The notes below the pieces were generated by a model. The model saw only the letters and a list, made by a program, of their open reading frames with translations. It searched no databases and had not been told where the DNA came from. The position numbers and the translations under genes are program-made. From the NCBI GenBank assembly GCA_003971905.1, contig RSEE01000167.1:1-64000 (forward strand): a stretch of 64,000 bases of DNA. Direction: 5' to 3'. Positions 50,256 through 64,000 of the stretch are shown in pieces. Positions within the stretch are counted from its first letter, which is position 1. Every line of letters begins with the position of its first letter. The DNA comes from Moniliella sp. 'wahieum'. Its lineage: Eukaryota.

Positions 50256-52531
50256 ATGGACTCGAGGCATGCGTCGACCGACATGCCCCCCACCCCCTCT
50301 GACCCGCCCGCCCTCCCAACCCCCCCCAAACACACCCTCCCGCTCCCACTCCTCCCCGCCGCCTCCTTCCCGTTGCCCACCGACGCTCCTCTCGCCTCCC
50401 CGCCGCCGCTGCCTGCCATGTCCTCCTCCCGCTCTCCTTCCCCTTCCGTCCCCGCATCCCGCACGCCGGCCAACCCCCGCTGTCCAACGACCACGGCTCG
50501 ACCCCCTCGACATGTCCTTCCGCTTCCCACCCGCGTCCAACCGCCCGCCAGGCAAGACATCCCATTCGTCTGCCCCACCCGCCGCCCGTCTGGCCATGCC
50601 CCCACCCGCCCTTCCTTCCCCTCCCCTTCCCCCTCCCCCCCTCTACCCTGGCCTCCATCTGCCCGCTCCTTCTCCCGATCGAACCGCCCAAGCCTGGGCC
50701 GGCGGCGTGGGCCATTTCGCCCCCGGTTTGCGATTCAAGTTGCTCGAAGTACTTGATGCTCTCGTCGATCACATTCCTCTTCCGCGCGAGGGCGAAACGG
50801 TGACCGCGGTGGAATATGGCGCGGTGCACTCCCGTGGCCACCCGCTTCTTCAAGCCTTTGCTGCCCGCCTTTCGGCCAACTGCCTCCAAGCTCAGTCTCT
50901 TCCCTACCGACCTCCACCGCGGCCCACGCCCGCGCACCCTTCTTTTCTCTCCTCCACACAGACATGCCAGGCACCGATTTTCGACAGATTATGGCCAGCA
51001 ACGAGCAGGACCACTTTGTACCCGAGGGACTGGCTTCCCACCTGCTCGAACACGTGTTTGAATCCTACACTGCTCGTCCCTTTGGCGCCGCTGTCACTCC
51101 GCAAGCAACAGCTCGGTTCGGACTCAGTCTGATGGACTTGCATTGGGCCCATCCTCGTCCGGCTCAAGTACCTGCACCGTCATCGACTGTTGGAGCTTCC
51201 CCGCCTAGCCCAGAGGACTTACCGGACATTCCATTTGCCGGTGGATTCCCCTCCACTGTCCCCTTGCCCTCGCCCACCCGCTAACGCCCCCGGCTGTCGC
51301 ACACCATGGACAGCAGAGTTACTTTGCCTTGCACAGGCCAACCGCGCTGGGGGACCTCGCGACCCTAGGCGCTGGATCGGTCCCACGCCGTCCTTCAGTC
51401 TCGGACCCACGGGATCACCATACCCACCGTGCCCACCACACCCACCACACTCACCACTCGCACTACACCCACCATGCCCACGTGCACCATGCACGTACAT
51501 TTTCCACGCCCTTGTTGCCCCCCTCGTCGGTCGCGAGCTCCGTTGCGTTGCGTTGGGGGGCGATCCTGACCCGCAACCAGCCGAGGAACTAGCTTCGTTC
51601 CTCGCTGCTCGTGCGACTGAATTTACCACTGGCGGGATCTTACTTGTTGCGTACCTTGCCGCCCCTTCTTCGCCCACTACCTCCCTCGCTTCTCCCCATG
51701 CGCACACTACCGACTCCACCTTGGGGCGTGCTAGCCACCCCGCGCTTGTCTCCCCGCCGGACGGGAACGGTAACAGCGACGCAAACGGCAGCGCCAACGG
51801 TAACCGCGACGGCAACGGATGTGGGGATGGGGATGAGGATGAGGATGAGGATGGGGACGCAGGTTCGCACGATTTTTGGACGGCACTAACGACGTTGCTA
51901 GCTCCGTGCATTCAACGTCTTATCTTTACCGCTCGTATTTCCCCGACGTAGCTCGACGCATGTTGGCTCTCCCGCTCTCCCTCCGCTCTTCGCACGATAC
52001 CCGCGCCACCTTGGATGCCCAGCAGGACTGGGACGTGGTCTGGTCGTGTGGCCTGGAAGAGGGAACGCAAGAGCAAGAGCAAGAGCAAGAGCAAGAGCAA
52101 GAGCAAGAGCAAGAGGAGGTGAGCACAGGTGCAGGCACAGGTGCAGGTGCAGGTTCAGGCGGTAGATCCAACGACCCAACCCTGGGGCACAAGTACAACC
52201 AAGCTCACCTCCCCTGGCCTAGATCGGAACCTGGAGCGACACGTATTGCGCATCCAGCATGGGCCGGTGCGCGCGGGGGCGTATTGACCAGCACGACGTT
52301 TGCGCGGGAACTTGTTGCGCTGGTACAATCGATCTACGAGGCACATTTACGTCGTGTACTACGTACTCGCGCACGTTTGTCCCAGGGGTCCACGGCGATC
52401 GTCCTAGACGCCTTGTGGGAACACCTCTTGGTTCGCATACAGGATTTGCGCCAGCTCAATCATCCCTCCTCCGCCGCCCTGTGCATGTCGAAGTGTGTGT
52501 TTTGGCTCTCCAGCGGCGCAGTCGCACCTGA
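50256..52531 (+). CDS. SAM-dependent methyltransferase-fold protein (SABATH-like), Pro-rich N-terminus
   Basis: VTAVEYGAVHSR, TDMPGTDFRQI, FESYTARPFGAAVTPQATARFGLSLMDLHW, ELASFLAARATEFTTGGILLV. These follow the motif order of SABATH carboxyl methyltransferases (DLGC, NDLPxNDF, GSFY...SLHW, FLxxRxxELxxGG). Confidence 0.6.
52068..52113 (+). repeat. (CAAGAG)n repeat encoding poly-QE
   Basis: About 7 perfect units within the CDS. Confidence 0.9.
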
Positions 52532-53691
52532 TGCACGATGCACGATGCTGGGTCTGAGTGCGAGCGTGCGTGCAGCGCCACCAAGAAGGGGAGGAGGAAG
52601 GGAGGGGGAAGATCCAGCAGAGAAAGAACGCTTGGTGCTGTTTGCGTGGCTGCTGGCTGTTGGCTGCTAGCTGCTGGCTGTTCGGTTGCGGAGTATTCGC
52701 TGTGTTTTGTCTTGTTTCGGTTTGTTTGTTTCGGTTTGTTTTGATTTGGTTGTTCCCGTTGTGGGCGCGGGCGGGAGGGTGTCGGGTCTCGGGTCTCAGT
52801 GGGGGGGAGGCTCGTTTGGCCTGTACATGCTCTCTCGTACGGGTTTGTCACGGTCGGTTTGTATTGTCATCGATCTCATCCACGCATTGTATTCATCCCT
52901 CCATCCATCCACCCATTCACCCATTCATCCATTCATCCCTCCATCCATCCATCCATCCATTCATCATCCATATCCAGTCGTCTTTGAACCCAACATGCTT
53001 TCTCGTCCTTTTGTCGTTGACGTATTTCCTTGAACTCTCCATAATCATGGTCGGACATGTGGACTTTTGTCACAGGACATGTAGATGGTTGTGTCGTGCC
53101 TGAGGCCCTGCCTGCACACCGGGCGCTGGGACTACTGAGTAATGATGTTAATGACGGGAGCAGAACTTTTCGTTGTTCGTGTTGTCCGTTCCACTTTCTA
53201 GTTTAATGGTTTCTCCCCGTTTTCTGGTCAACTGCAACCGAGCGTGGGTCCTCTGTCCTGGCTATAATCCGTGCCACGCGACTTTGCCACCTCTCATCGA
53301 CCTGCAGCTTCACTCTGTACGACTCGATTGCCACCTCTCATCAATCTTCTCAGTGCGCTCGCCTTGAGCTTCGATGGCCAGACGATATTATAGCTCGTCG
53401 AACGCATTGCCAATGGGAAACGCACTGGGGATTATCGATTAGGGTTACGCTTTCTGGTCGGTGCAATGGGGCGGAGTAAACTTTCACTTCTCCACGGTAT
53501 ATGGGGTAGTACTTGGTGCGTATCCAGTGTGGGTTTAATGATGTCGTCCACGCTCCGCCGCTTTATTGGCGCCAACGCCCTGGCGCCGACTTTGTTCGTC
53601 GTAGCCGTCTGGGTCGTCTTTGCCGTCATCGCCGCTGTCGTTGTGCCCGTTTTATCGGTGCGTCGCCATCGTTGCACCCTCCCCCCCGCCC

Positions 53692-55933
53692 ATGTCCTCC
53701 CTCGACCACGACGACAGCCTCCCCACCGCTACCGTCCCTCCCGCCTCGGCCCGGCCGCCACTCGGCCAGCGCAGCAGCCTCAAATCACATCCATGCGCCC
53801 GTGCCGTCTCCGCCTCGCCCCGCCTCCTGGCCCGCATTGGCCTGCGAGGCGCCGCCTTCTGATGGCAGTCCATCTTTGCCTCGCTCGGCGTCCTTGTTTG
53901 GGTACGACAAGGCGTCATGGCCAGCCTCATTGTCCACCCCGCCTTCCTCACCTACTTTCACCAGCCTTCCTCGGCCGAGATCGGTACCGCAGTGGCCATT
54001 CTCGAGCTCGCTGCGTCACCGCCCTGCTTGCCGGCACGCTCGCTGACCGATCGGTCGCAAAGCCACTATAGGCTGGGTGCCATGTTCACGTGCGGCGGAC
54101 TAGTGCAGACTGCGGCATGGAACTTAGCCATGCTCATTGTTGGTCGTACCCTGGCCGGGTTCGGCGTAGGGTTACTTACATGGTCGTTCCAACGTACCAG
54201 AGCGAAATTTCATCGCGAGCACGTGGCTACCTCGCCTCGATCGAGTACACACTCAACATTGCCGGGTACGCATTGAGTGTATGGGTTGGGTATGGCGCTA
54301 GCTTCATCACGAGCAACTCAAACGTTTCTTGGCGCTTGCCCCTCAGTATCCAGATCTTCGTCGGCTGCATCTTGGCTGTGGGAACGGTGGTCTTACCCGA
54401 GTCGCCTCGGTACTTGCTCATTAAGGACCGCGATCGCGACGCCATGCGCGTTCTCCTCGATCTCCATGGCGAACACGAGCGACGGATCCAACCAACGTGC
54501 CAAGTAGGTCCATGTCGATGTGATGCTTGGCCTCCCGGCTCTGGTCGGGCAGGCATGGGGTTGTACGACGATGGGTAGAAGCAGGAGGGTGGACTCCACA
54601 CGGGGGTTAGAAATGACAAAACTGACAGATCATCCGATCGTATCTCTCTCTCTCTCTCTTATCTCCCAGACTTGAATTCCGCAAAATCAAACAAAACGTC
54701 CTCTTTCTTCGTGGACAAGGCGACCGCTCGTACCTTGCAATGTTGAAGCGGTACCGCTACCGCGTGCTCGTGGCCTGCAGCAGCCAGTTCTTCGCCCAGG
54801 TTCGTACTTTGGTGTGTGTCCGATTTGCACAACCAAAAGGGGCGGTACACACGCACGGCACACTCTTATTGTCCTTGTCTCTCTCTCCATTTGTGGGCGA
54901 TGCAGATGAATGGCATCAACGTCGTTAGCTTTTATGCCCCGCGTCTGTTTTGCCAGGGCCGGATGGGAGGGAGAGACGGTACGTGAACTTCTAGGCGGTC
55001 TAAGTTATCTACTTTTTTATCGGGACATACTTACTAATTCTTCACTCCCTTTTTTGTCGTAAATTGATTGGTTTGGGTATTAGCGGTACTCATGACCGGG
55101 ATCAACGCCTGTCTCTACGTCGGCTCCACCATCCCCGTCTGGTTCCTGATTGACAGTTGGGGCCGACGTCCGATATTGATCTACGGCGGCTTGCTCGAGG
55201 CGCTGTTCCTGATGCTCACAGGACTGTTCCTCTGGCTCGACATGCCCCTTTCACCACAACTAACCGTGGTGTCGGTGATTGGCTACACGTGCTCCTTTGG
55301 CGCCAGCTTTGGCCCCGTACCGTGGTTGTTACCACCTGAGATTTGCCCTGAGTTTCCGTGCCAAGGGCGTCTCCCTCTCGACTGCCGTCAACTTTCTCAG
55401 CAACTATTACGTGGGGAAAAACGCCTATTTTGCAGGACTCCTTACCTGGCGCTTGTATCCCATGCACGGCCTGTTCTGTCTCGGCGCCGTCTGGAACGTC
55501 TACCTGTTTTACCCGGAAACCGCAGGCGTACCCATCGAAGAATGGGCATCGTGTTTGGTGATGAACCTGCTTCTCCGATTTCACAGCGCACTTGGTGTCG
55601 TTGCTCGAACCGGACGAGGAGCAAAGTACAGCCACGGAACTCGCGTTCGATCACATGGACCGCACCAATCCGAAACTTTTCCTTTAACCTCTACCCCGTA
55701 CCCGTCCCGCCAATCCATCTCTGCCTCCCCTTCGCTTTTCTTCCCTCGACGGTCCAGAGGTCATTGTCGATGAGGCTCAGGCGGCAGCAGCAGATGTTGA
55801 TCCTGCTACGCCTCCCCCCCCTCGTGGATGGCGTCGGTTCTTGGGTTCCCTGTGGAGGTCGGGACCGAGGTCGGGACCAGCATACGCGCTTGTCCACTCT
55901 GGGCCTTCTTCCACCCCGATTCCACAAGCTTGA
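53692..55933 (+). CDS. MFS sugar porter family transporter
   Basis: SLFGYD, IVGRTLAGFGVG, VVPTYQSEIS, SWRLPLSIQ, LPESPRYL, Q|MNGINVVSFYAP, IDSWGRRPILIYGG, SFGPVPWLLPPEI, FRAKGVSLSTA, YPETAGVPIEE. At least 3 introns. Confidence 0.93.
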
Positions 55934-57699
55934 GGGTTTTTTTGTGGTTTCGGGTGTCCCTCTCAACTCTCGCAACAACAGTATCTATCCCCTTTTGAAT
56001 ATACCGGCGGTATAGTACCGTTTTGTTGTGCCACGTTGTGTCTCTCTTTCCTCCCGCTTCCCGTCGTTACTGGTTACCGGTTGACATCCTTCTCGAGCGG
56101 CTGCTCGTCACATAACCGGCATGGGTCACACTTATTGCTGTATTGCCTGCTCGGCCGCACCTCGATCCTGGATGCTGGATGCTGGATGTTAAATTCTGAA
56201 TACTGGATGCTGGATCCTGCGTGATCTGCCGCTCCATCAGTGCTTAGTGGCACTGCAGGTCGGCCGTTTCCAACTCTCGTCCAACTGGATGGAAAACATT
56301 ATGTGCGGCACGAGTGGTTTGGGACCACGCGGAAAAGACAGTGGATACTAGTAGTCCCCTTTGGGTCGGCACGCCGAACCAGTAGTCGCTAGACCGCAGA
56401 CGATCAGCGAGTATGTAATCAAGTCCGAGGCGAGTGACAAGAAGGGGAAGGCGGAAGGGGGAAGGAGGTGATGGCGAACGAGGACAGAACACGCCGGCAA
56501 CTTTCGCATCTAGCTTCAAATCTACCAATCAGGCATGGCACCGGTGGGCGAAGTGGCAACAACCTAGTGAGTAGGTCCAAGAGGAGCTCACGGAGCGGCA
56601 CCTGCATGGAAATGGTGCGAGCGGGCGACCCAATTGCCAACTCTCGGATCCATCCGTACTCTCCTTTCAGATGGACGAAGCGAGCAGCCTAGCTCGCATG
56701 TGCAGTAGACAGAACGAATGACCCAGGCGAATGGGAGTTAATTCATGTCTCACCAGGGCTGGTACTACATCCTTCCCGATCGATGGCTATTATCCTCTTG
56801 CCTTTCTCTCCCCATCGACCTTCCATCTGCCTGCCGCAGATCTATCCGCATCGAACGCATGGAACACATCGGGCTATGTAGCACGACCAACGTAGCCTGG
56901 CTCGGGACAGAGAAGTGGGGCGGGGCACAGCCAGGTAAATGGTAAATACAAGAATGTGCAAGATCGGCGGGCCCAAAGATCGCGGGACGCCCGCTGGTCG
57001 CAACGGGAAAAAGGCGCAGCAATTCAAGCACGGTAACGAACGGGAAGTAAAAAAAAAGGTACAGACGCCATGGCTCTGGTGGGCCCAACCACCAAACAAA
57101 CACACACACCACAACCACATACACTTCCAACGTACAAGCGTACAAGGTAGCAAGCGTAGCAAGCGTATTAAGAGAAATAGTGGGGTGGGGGCCGCCATGA
57201 CCAGAGCGCACGAATGAAAATAGTGAAGAGACCCAAATGGGATAGATGGGATCAAGAATGGTCGCAAGTCGCAAGTGGCAAGTGACAAGTGGGAAGTGGG
57301 AAGTAAGAAGTGGGAAGTGGGCAACCGGAAAGCAGGAGCGATGGGTGGTCCAAAGAGCGAGAGAAGAGGAGAGGTAGAAATCGAGTTGGACAAACGCGTG
57401 ACATGCGTCGTTCGTCGTTCGTCGGTCCCAGTTCACACGGAAGGAATGTAAGGCAACGAAGCACGGCGCACTTGCCGTTCGGCACGGCGTCGTGCAGTCA
57501 ACGCCAATGCCGCAGCGTTGGGGTTGGGGTTGGGGTTGGCGTTGGAATTAGCGTCGGTGGGCCCAGCGACGGAATCGAGTGGTGGCACGGCCGAACCGAG
57601 TGGAGCAGCGCGAAACAGGTGGGGATCCCGTTACCGTCTTGCATTCGTTACCGTTGGCTGAAGATGCGACGGCAAGAGAAGGTGGGGTGGGGGAGACTT

Positions 57700-60600
57700 A
57701 GACGGTTCGTTATCGCGCAGGGCGCGCCAGGCCGACGGAGGCGCCGATACACGTGTTCCAGCCGACAAAGATGAAGCGCACGGGACAATGCTGTTGATGG
57801 GGGAGAGTTTTCCGCCTGAGGGGGCACGAGCGCTACGGGGGAAGCGCTCGAGAGGGAAGCTAAGGACCCAATTGACGCATGGCCCGTCAAGGGCCCCGAT
57901 GGCGCACGCATCGAAGGCGTCGGCGTTGTAGCTGGCGTGGTGGAGAAGGTGGTAGAGAGGGTGTCGATACCGCGTCAGACTCGCTCATCACGGCTGGCGT
58001 AGGCGAAAGCGCGGCAAGCGTGTGTGTTGAAACTGGCCCCCGCGGGTGCCGGGGGCCTCCACCGAGCGCAGCGGCCGGGGGCAGCGACAGGCTCAGACGG
58101 TGGCGGCGGCATTGTGGGTGAGCAAGCTGTGGGTCAAGGCGTGCTGGAGCGGCGCGGTGTCTGGACGAGCGTGAGGGGCAGCAAGCCGCCATGGGCGCTG
58201 CCAGCAGACGAGACACTGCCGCGGTCGCGATCGCCCAGCCCACCGGGGGCGTGGCGTGCGTGCGCGTGGCGGGAGCAACGATGCGCGTCGCGCCGCTGTG
58301 CTTGCGTGGCACTTGCACTTGCACTCGCGCCCGCACTTGGGAAAACGCCGTCGCTGCCGTCTTGTCGCCGAGCAGTGTGCGTCCCGTGGCGGGGTGCGAG
58401 GGCGGTGGACCACGGCGGTGGGCGGCGCGGCGGCAGGCGTGGGTGGAGGGAGTACCGTTTGCCCAACGGCCCCGGCGCGGGCGAGGGATCGGTGGCGAAG
58501 CTGGTGCCGAGGTCGGACTGGTACCCGCCGTTGCGCGCGGCGCCGCCGGCGTCCGATGTGCCCGATGCGCCCGAGGCAGCCGACTCGGGCTCGGTGGAGC
58601 GGTGGTAGCGCAGTGCGGCCAGGCCCGATCCGAGGGCGGGTGTGGCCGCCCCTCACGCGCATGCCGTTGCTGGAACCGTACGCCCCCGTCCCGTACCACT
58701 CGGCATGCGCGACGCCAGCGTGTCCACCTCGTCTCGGTGCTGGATGCGCGCGACGCGGACCGTGACGGCGGCATCGACGCCCTCGACGCGCGGCCTGTCG
58801 CCCCCGCCATGCCCCACGCGGGCGTCGGCGACCGCACCCGGCCACCGGACAGGGACGGGATAGCATCGCGTCGAGCGAGCGGCTGGTCCAGCGCTGACTG
58901 CGCTTGGCGCCGACGCGTTTCGGCTTCGGCGCCGGACCACTCCCGCCGTGGCCGGCGTGGTAGACAGTGGCGACGGGTCCCGAGGGCAGCAGCGGACGAC
59001 GCGCGGCCGGAGACTGAAGCGCCAGTTGCCGGGCTGGTCGCGCGCGAGGAAAGTGTGAGCGGGAGGAGCATAGGTCGTCGACGGGCCAACTCGGTTGCCG
59101 GCCGCTGCGCCACGGACGCTTGTGGTGGCTCGATAGCCCGCACCGGCTCGAGCTCGACCAGTGGCGTCGCGTTCGTCGTTTCGTCCGTCGAGTCCACCAG
59201 CTGCAAGCGCCTTGCGCCCGAAGCGTGTCCTGCTGTGCGTCGGCCAAGAGCGACGCCGTCGCCTCGCTCGACGCACGCGCATGGCCATGGAGAGACGTGG
59301 TTCGGGGCGTGGCAGGCGCACCGAGCGAGCGGGCTCAGTGTCAAGGGCGACCCGACGACCGACGACGTTTCCACCACCGCTGGCATCGCGTCGTTTCCCC
59401 CAGCCGCAACCAGACCCAAGCGGCAACGATCCGCGCCGCTGCGTGCTGCTCGTCCTGAGCTCGCGCGTCGTGTCCGAGTGGAAGGGCGAGCGGCGGTGGT
59501 GCGATGCGCGCGGCGGCGCGGCGAGCGCAGTGGCGCCCACCGCGGTGTGAGCGACGGCGAGAAAACGCGAGAGACTCTCGGCCGAGTAGAAGGGGGAGGG
59601 GGAGCCGAGTCGAGCCGAGCTGGGCGCCGCCGAGTCGTCGTCGTCGGACCACGCAGTGGTCGATGCTGGCCGACTGAGCAGGCGCGTCGGGTCGCTCAGC
59701 GCCGTCACGCTGACAAGACGCCCGTGGAGCGCGAGTGGGTGGGCAACGTGTACAGGCCCCTTTCGGGCGGCACCATCGTCGTCTCCGTCTCTTCGGGCTG
59801 CTGCTCATGGCGGCGTCGAGCGCAGGCCCGTTGCGCAGCTGCTGCCATCGACGGCCCGCTGGCCCGGCCTACCCTCCAGGGCAACCATACCTTCCATCGC
59901 GTCGGTCATCGACAAGACGCGGGAATGGGCAGCAAGGAGCCCGTGACCGAGTCGGCAATCATCTCCCACTGTTGGACAACGTGTCCCAGCGGAACGCACC
60001 GGCGGCGTACGAGCCGATCGATCCGGACGGGCTGGGGGGCACACCCGTTGAGCCTGTGCCGAGGCCAAGGGGGTGGACGAACGGGAAGCCAGTCGTGTGC
60101 ACTGACCAAGCGTGCATCCCCATCTGCGTCTCTGTCCCCGTTTGCTTCTGCCTCGGCGTCCACTTCGGCGTCCGCGTCCGCATCAGGATCGGGATCGGTC
60201 AACGCCATTTCCCAATCGGTCGAGCCGGAGATGAAGGAGGAACGTTGGAAGAGAGGGCGCCTGGTGTGGTGGGACCCAGTTCGCCTGCGGTCGACGAGCG
60301 GGAGAGGCAAGGGTCGCCGTGCTGCCCGTCACGAAGGACGAGGGAAGGGAGGACCGGTGGTGGCGAGAGGAGGCGGGCGGAGGAGCTTCCGCTGGAGGCC
60401 AGCGCGGCCGCGGCAAGTGCCTCGGCAGGGTAAAAGAACGAGTCGCGGTTGCGCGAGGCGGTGTGGCGGCTGCGTGTCGATGGCGCCGGCGACGGCGCCA
60501 AGTCCACCTCGGAGTTGCCGGCCGAGTTGAGGATTTCTCGTCGAACGAGGCGAAGGACGTGGAGCGCGGGGCGAACGGAGCGGCGTGCGGCGCGGTCAGA

Positions 60601-63600
60601 GCCAAGGCCGGCTGCGCGGACGCGCTTGTGTCCCGGTTCCAGACACACTACGGCGCGAGTCGGACGAAGTGCGGTCGTGCGACGACGAGATGGCCGATAA
60701 GGGATCGTGGCTCGTCCGCATCCGCAACGCATACGACCAGGCCGACGACGACCCGTCCGACGCTTGGCTGCCCGGACGCGCCAGTGCGGCCGACGCCAGA
60801 CTCGACGCCAAACTGGACCGCCGGTCTTTCAAAGACACCCTCCAGCAACCGAAGCGCCGCTGGCGTCAGCTCTTCCACTTGGTCCGTCCGCTCGCCCACG
60901 CTCCCTCGGGTCGGGGAGGAACGAGGACTGTGGCCATGGCGAGACGAGCTGGCGGGGTCCGTCAAGCTGGCCACCTCGCTCGCAATGCTGCCGCGACAAC
61001 AGCGGCGCGCGCCGAGCCAATGGACGCCCGCGTGCTCCTGGGCCGATCGGCGGCGCTGGCCTGCTCCCCAGAGGGGTGGAGCGGGAGCCAAAGCGGGAGC
61101 CAAAGCGGGACCAAAGCGGGAGCCAAAGCGGGCGCCGAGAGAGGAACCGAGCCAGAAGCCGAGCTGGCGCCGCCGGCGTCTCGAGCGAGTTGGCACGCTG
61201 GCTGGCGTGGTGATGGTAGACTTGCGCGGGCGCGGGGCCAAGCCTTGCAGCGTATCGGGCGGCGGGACGAGGAGGTGGCATTGGTGATTTGGTGATGCTC
61301 GCGGGCCCGAGGGGGCGGGAAGAGGAAGAGGCGTCGGCAAGGGCAGCGGGGTGGCGGTGGGGAATGTCGAGAGAGTGAGCTCGGACGGGACGGTGGCGGT
61401 GGCGGTGGCGGTGATGGTGGCGGTACGGGGCCCCGGACGACGGCACGGCGCTCAATGGTGTCCCGGGCATAGCGGCGGGGACTCGGACAGGACGACGTCC
61501 ACTGCCCGGGGCCATGCCCAGCGCCGTGGCACCGTCGGCGAGTCGGCTGGGCCGGGCTGAGGCGGGGTGGCCACCACGCCGCTGATGACCGACAAGTGCC
61601 CGCGGCGCCTTCTTGACGATGCGGGGGGAGCCCTGGCCACGAGATGGGCGAGAGATGCGGGGCGGCGAGCGGCGCACGGCCACAGCCGCTCCCCTCGCTC
61701 CTGCCCTGAGGAAGACAGTCGGACGAAAACTACCGGCTCGCTCACTTCCGATGCGACTGATGCGCCCCGGCCCGAGCGCACAGACGCCGACGTGGCCGCC
61801 GCTTGCGACGTGGCCGAAGTACTGCCGAGGGTACTGCCGAGGGTACTGCCGAGGCGCAAGGTGGGACTGCTGGGACCCCATCGACACTGACGCCGACGCC
61901 GAGCCGATGCCGATGCCGACGGACGACGCGTGGCCCGAGGCGGAAGAGACAGCTACCGGTGTCGCTGACGGGCGTGACCCTCGACGAGAACCAACGAGCG
62001 AAGCGACTTTGGACACGCGACCCTGGCCGGGACCACGTCGCGCTATGCTCCTCGCCTTCGCCTGAAGGTACCATCGCCATCGCTGTCGCCGTTGCTGTCC
62101 CTGTCCCTGTCGCGTTGCCGTCGGACAGGGTGGACGCCCTAACGCGACCCCGCACGCGTGCCCGTAGCTGAGCCCGGCCGGCGAAGCAGGTCCAAGATGC
62201 CGGCCGAGTAGGACCGACGGCGTCCGACCTGCCGTCCAGCCGACGGCTCGGTCGCCCCTGCGCGCCCAGCAACAGATCCAGATCCAGATCCAGATCCAGG
62301 GCAGAGACACATCCGATCCAGCGGACGGACTGGGGACTTAGACTTCATTTTAGCTGCTGCTGCTGCTGCCGCAGCCGAGGACGAAGGAGGAGGGACCTTG
62401 GTCCGCAGTTTGCGCAGCGCACCAAACGTGGGCAACCGCACGGGCGTCGTGTCTGAGTCGCAGTCTTGGGATCAACATGCTTTTCATGCTTGTCCTCCCA
62501 GCCCCATCCTGAGGCCGAATTCGATGTCGTGCTGCGCTGGTGCGGGTCAGAGCGGATACCCAACGCCGAGGCTGGGCGCGGACGCAGGCCCAAGCCCAAC
62601 CGCGATCGCGACCGAGGCGCAGGCGCAGGCAAGCGGGTGTGGGTGTCTGTGCCCGTGCAGGTGTTGGTGTTGGGGCGGGACCAGCTGAAGCTGGTCTGCA
62701 CAGCTAGTGAGGAGAGACTGTTTCCAAGAACCTGTGGGGCCGCAAAATGCACCAAAGGCGTGTCCGTGCACCGATGCGCCACCCACCACGTCCGTCAAGG
62801 CGTCCGAGCCGGCCCCAAGCGAAGAGGTATCTTCAAATACCGATACCAGCGCCGGTCCATCCGCCGCGTCGGGTCGAGTGCCGCATAGCGCTCAGCATCC
62901 CCAGCCCCATCTGCACCTGCATCTGCATTGGCACGACCCGCCTCGGCATGTTCATGTGCATCTCCATGGGCATGGGCATCTGATCCCCCGGGCAATGAAG
63001 CGATTCGCACGACAGCGGCAGGCCCGCCCGGTACGCCGCCAGCACTCGTGCGGCCGCGGTGGGCTGGCCCGAAGCACCACCACCAGTAGCAGCACCAGTA
63101 GCAGCAGTGGTACCCCTCCAGCAGCAGGAGGGAGCGCATCGGACTCCGCCAGGTCCTCAACCCAATCGTCCTCGCTGCGTCCGGAGGCGGAGGAGCCTGG
63201 TCCGGGGGGCGCGCTAGCCCGGCGCGGGCACAAGGTGTACCTGAGGTTGCTGTTTCTGTTCGAGGGAGAGGAGAGAACGCGTGTCGACGAGTTGGCCCCA
63301 TACGGCGTGTCGATGACCACATACCCGTTATCTGGATCCCAGCGGTTACGAGCACCAGCGTCCGCGTTGCAAAGACCAAGCGCGAGTCGGGTCCGTCGTG
63401 CCCGGCTGACTTGGGGTAGCGCGATAATAGGTGCAGTTTCGCCCCGAGCTCTACTACGCGCGCACTGGCCCCGTGCAACCGCGGGTTGACGTTCGTGTGC
63501 ATCGGACCCCAGCCTGCAGCTGAGGCTGGGCGCGAAGGGACGCCGGTGCCCCCAAACCCAAGTCCAGACCCAAGTCCAAGTCCAGGCCCAGGACAGACCC

Positions 63601-63750
63601 AGGGACAGACCCAGGCACCGCCGCACGCACGCCCGGCGCGGACCCTGGGCGTCGACTTGTCGTGCGCGGGACGAGGGAGACGGAGGACTGACGGACCCGA
63701 CTGGGGGGAGGGTACCCGCCAAACTAGCCACTGACATCTGCGCCGGACCA
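57700..63750 (-). CDS. Probable large Ser/Arg/Ala-rich disordered protein (one or more genes, fragmented by indels)
   Basis: Overlapping minus-strand ORF pieces with coherent fungal low-complexity composition (RSTSFASFDEKSSTRPATPRWTW, LKDRRSSLASSLASA, FGALRKLRTK, DPDNGYVVID) and in-frame hexamer repeats. No domain recognised and the strand is only moderately supported. Confidence 0.4.
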
Positions 63751-64000
63751 CCGGCCCAGCTCGCGCCCTGAGCCCCAGCCGAGAAGGAATGTGGTACTCG
63801 TTGCTAGCGAGAAGTGAGCGCTGTTCCGCGGAGGTCAGACGCGTGTGGCTCGACTTGGGGTGCAGGTGTGGCGCGGTAGAGGCAGGGGCAGTAGGGGCAG
63901 TCGCGCGCCATACCGCTCACGCCCATGGTCATGCTCATGCTCGATGTGGGCACAGCAGAGGGCGACGATACGCTCGGCAAGGCTACTGCTGACCCTGATG

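Noticed and set aside
58191..61295. Long plus-strand ORFs (779 aa, 322 aa, 236 aa)
   Set aside because: Likely antisense shadows in very GC-rich coding DNA. The minus-strand pieces look more like a fungal disordered protein, though this is not certain.

Overview
Eukaryotic fungal genomic DNA, most likely a basidiomycete (GT-AG introns with CTAAC/CTGAC branch points, fungal gene set). It comes from an indel-rich, probably unpolished long-read assembly: nearly every gene is broken by single-base frameshifts, so CDS ends are approximate. Genes from about 4.8 kb: OPT oligopeptide transporter (-), F-box gene and an F-box fragment (+), Yta7/ATAD2 AAA-ATPase (-), MDP-1 phosphatase (+), TEA-domain transcription factor (+), Sec7-PH Arf-GEF (+), unknown protein (-), PDR-type ABC transporter (+), P4-ATPase flippase (+), SABATH-like methyltransferase-fold protein (+), MFS sugar transporter (+) and a long low-complexity ORF region (-). 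The standout feature is 1-4197: at least 6.2 near-identical head-to-tail copies of a 676-bp unit with no recognisable coding capacity. By hand, the + strand of the unit folds into a closed, G.U-rich quasi-rod, as expected of a viroid-like circular RNA. The array joins unique sequence through exactly TAACCCTAA (4195-4203), 1.5 canonical telomere repeats in left-end orientation, with a 3-nt TAA overlap. My inference is a chromosome end extended by telomere-primed rolling-circle reverse transcription of a circular RNA. This is untested and an assembly chimera is not excluded.
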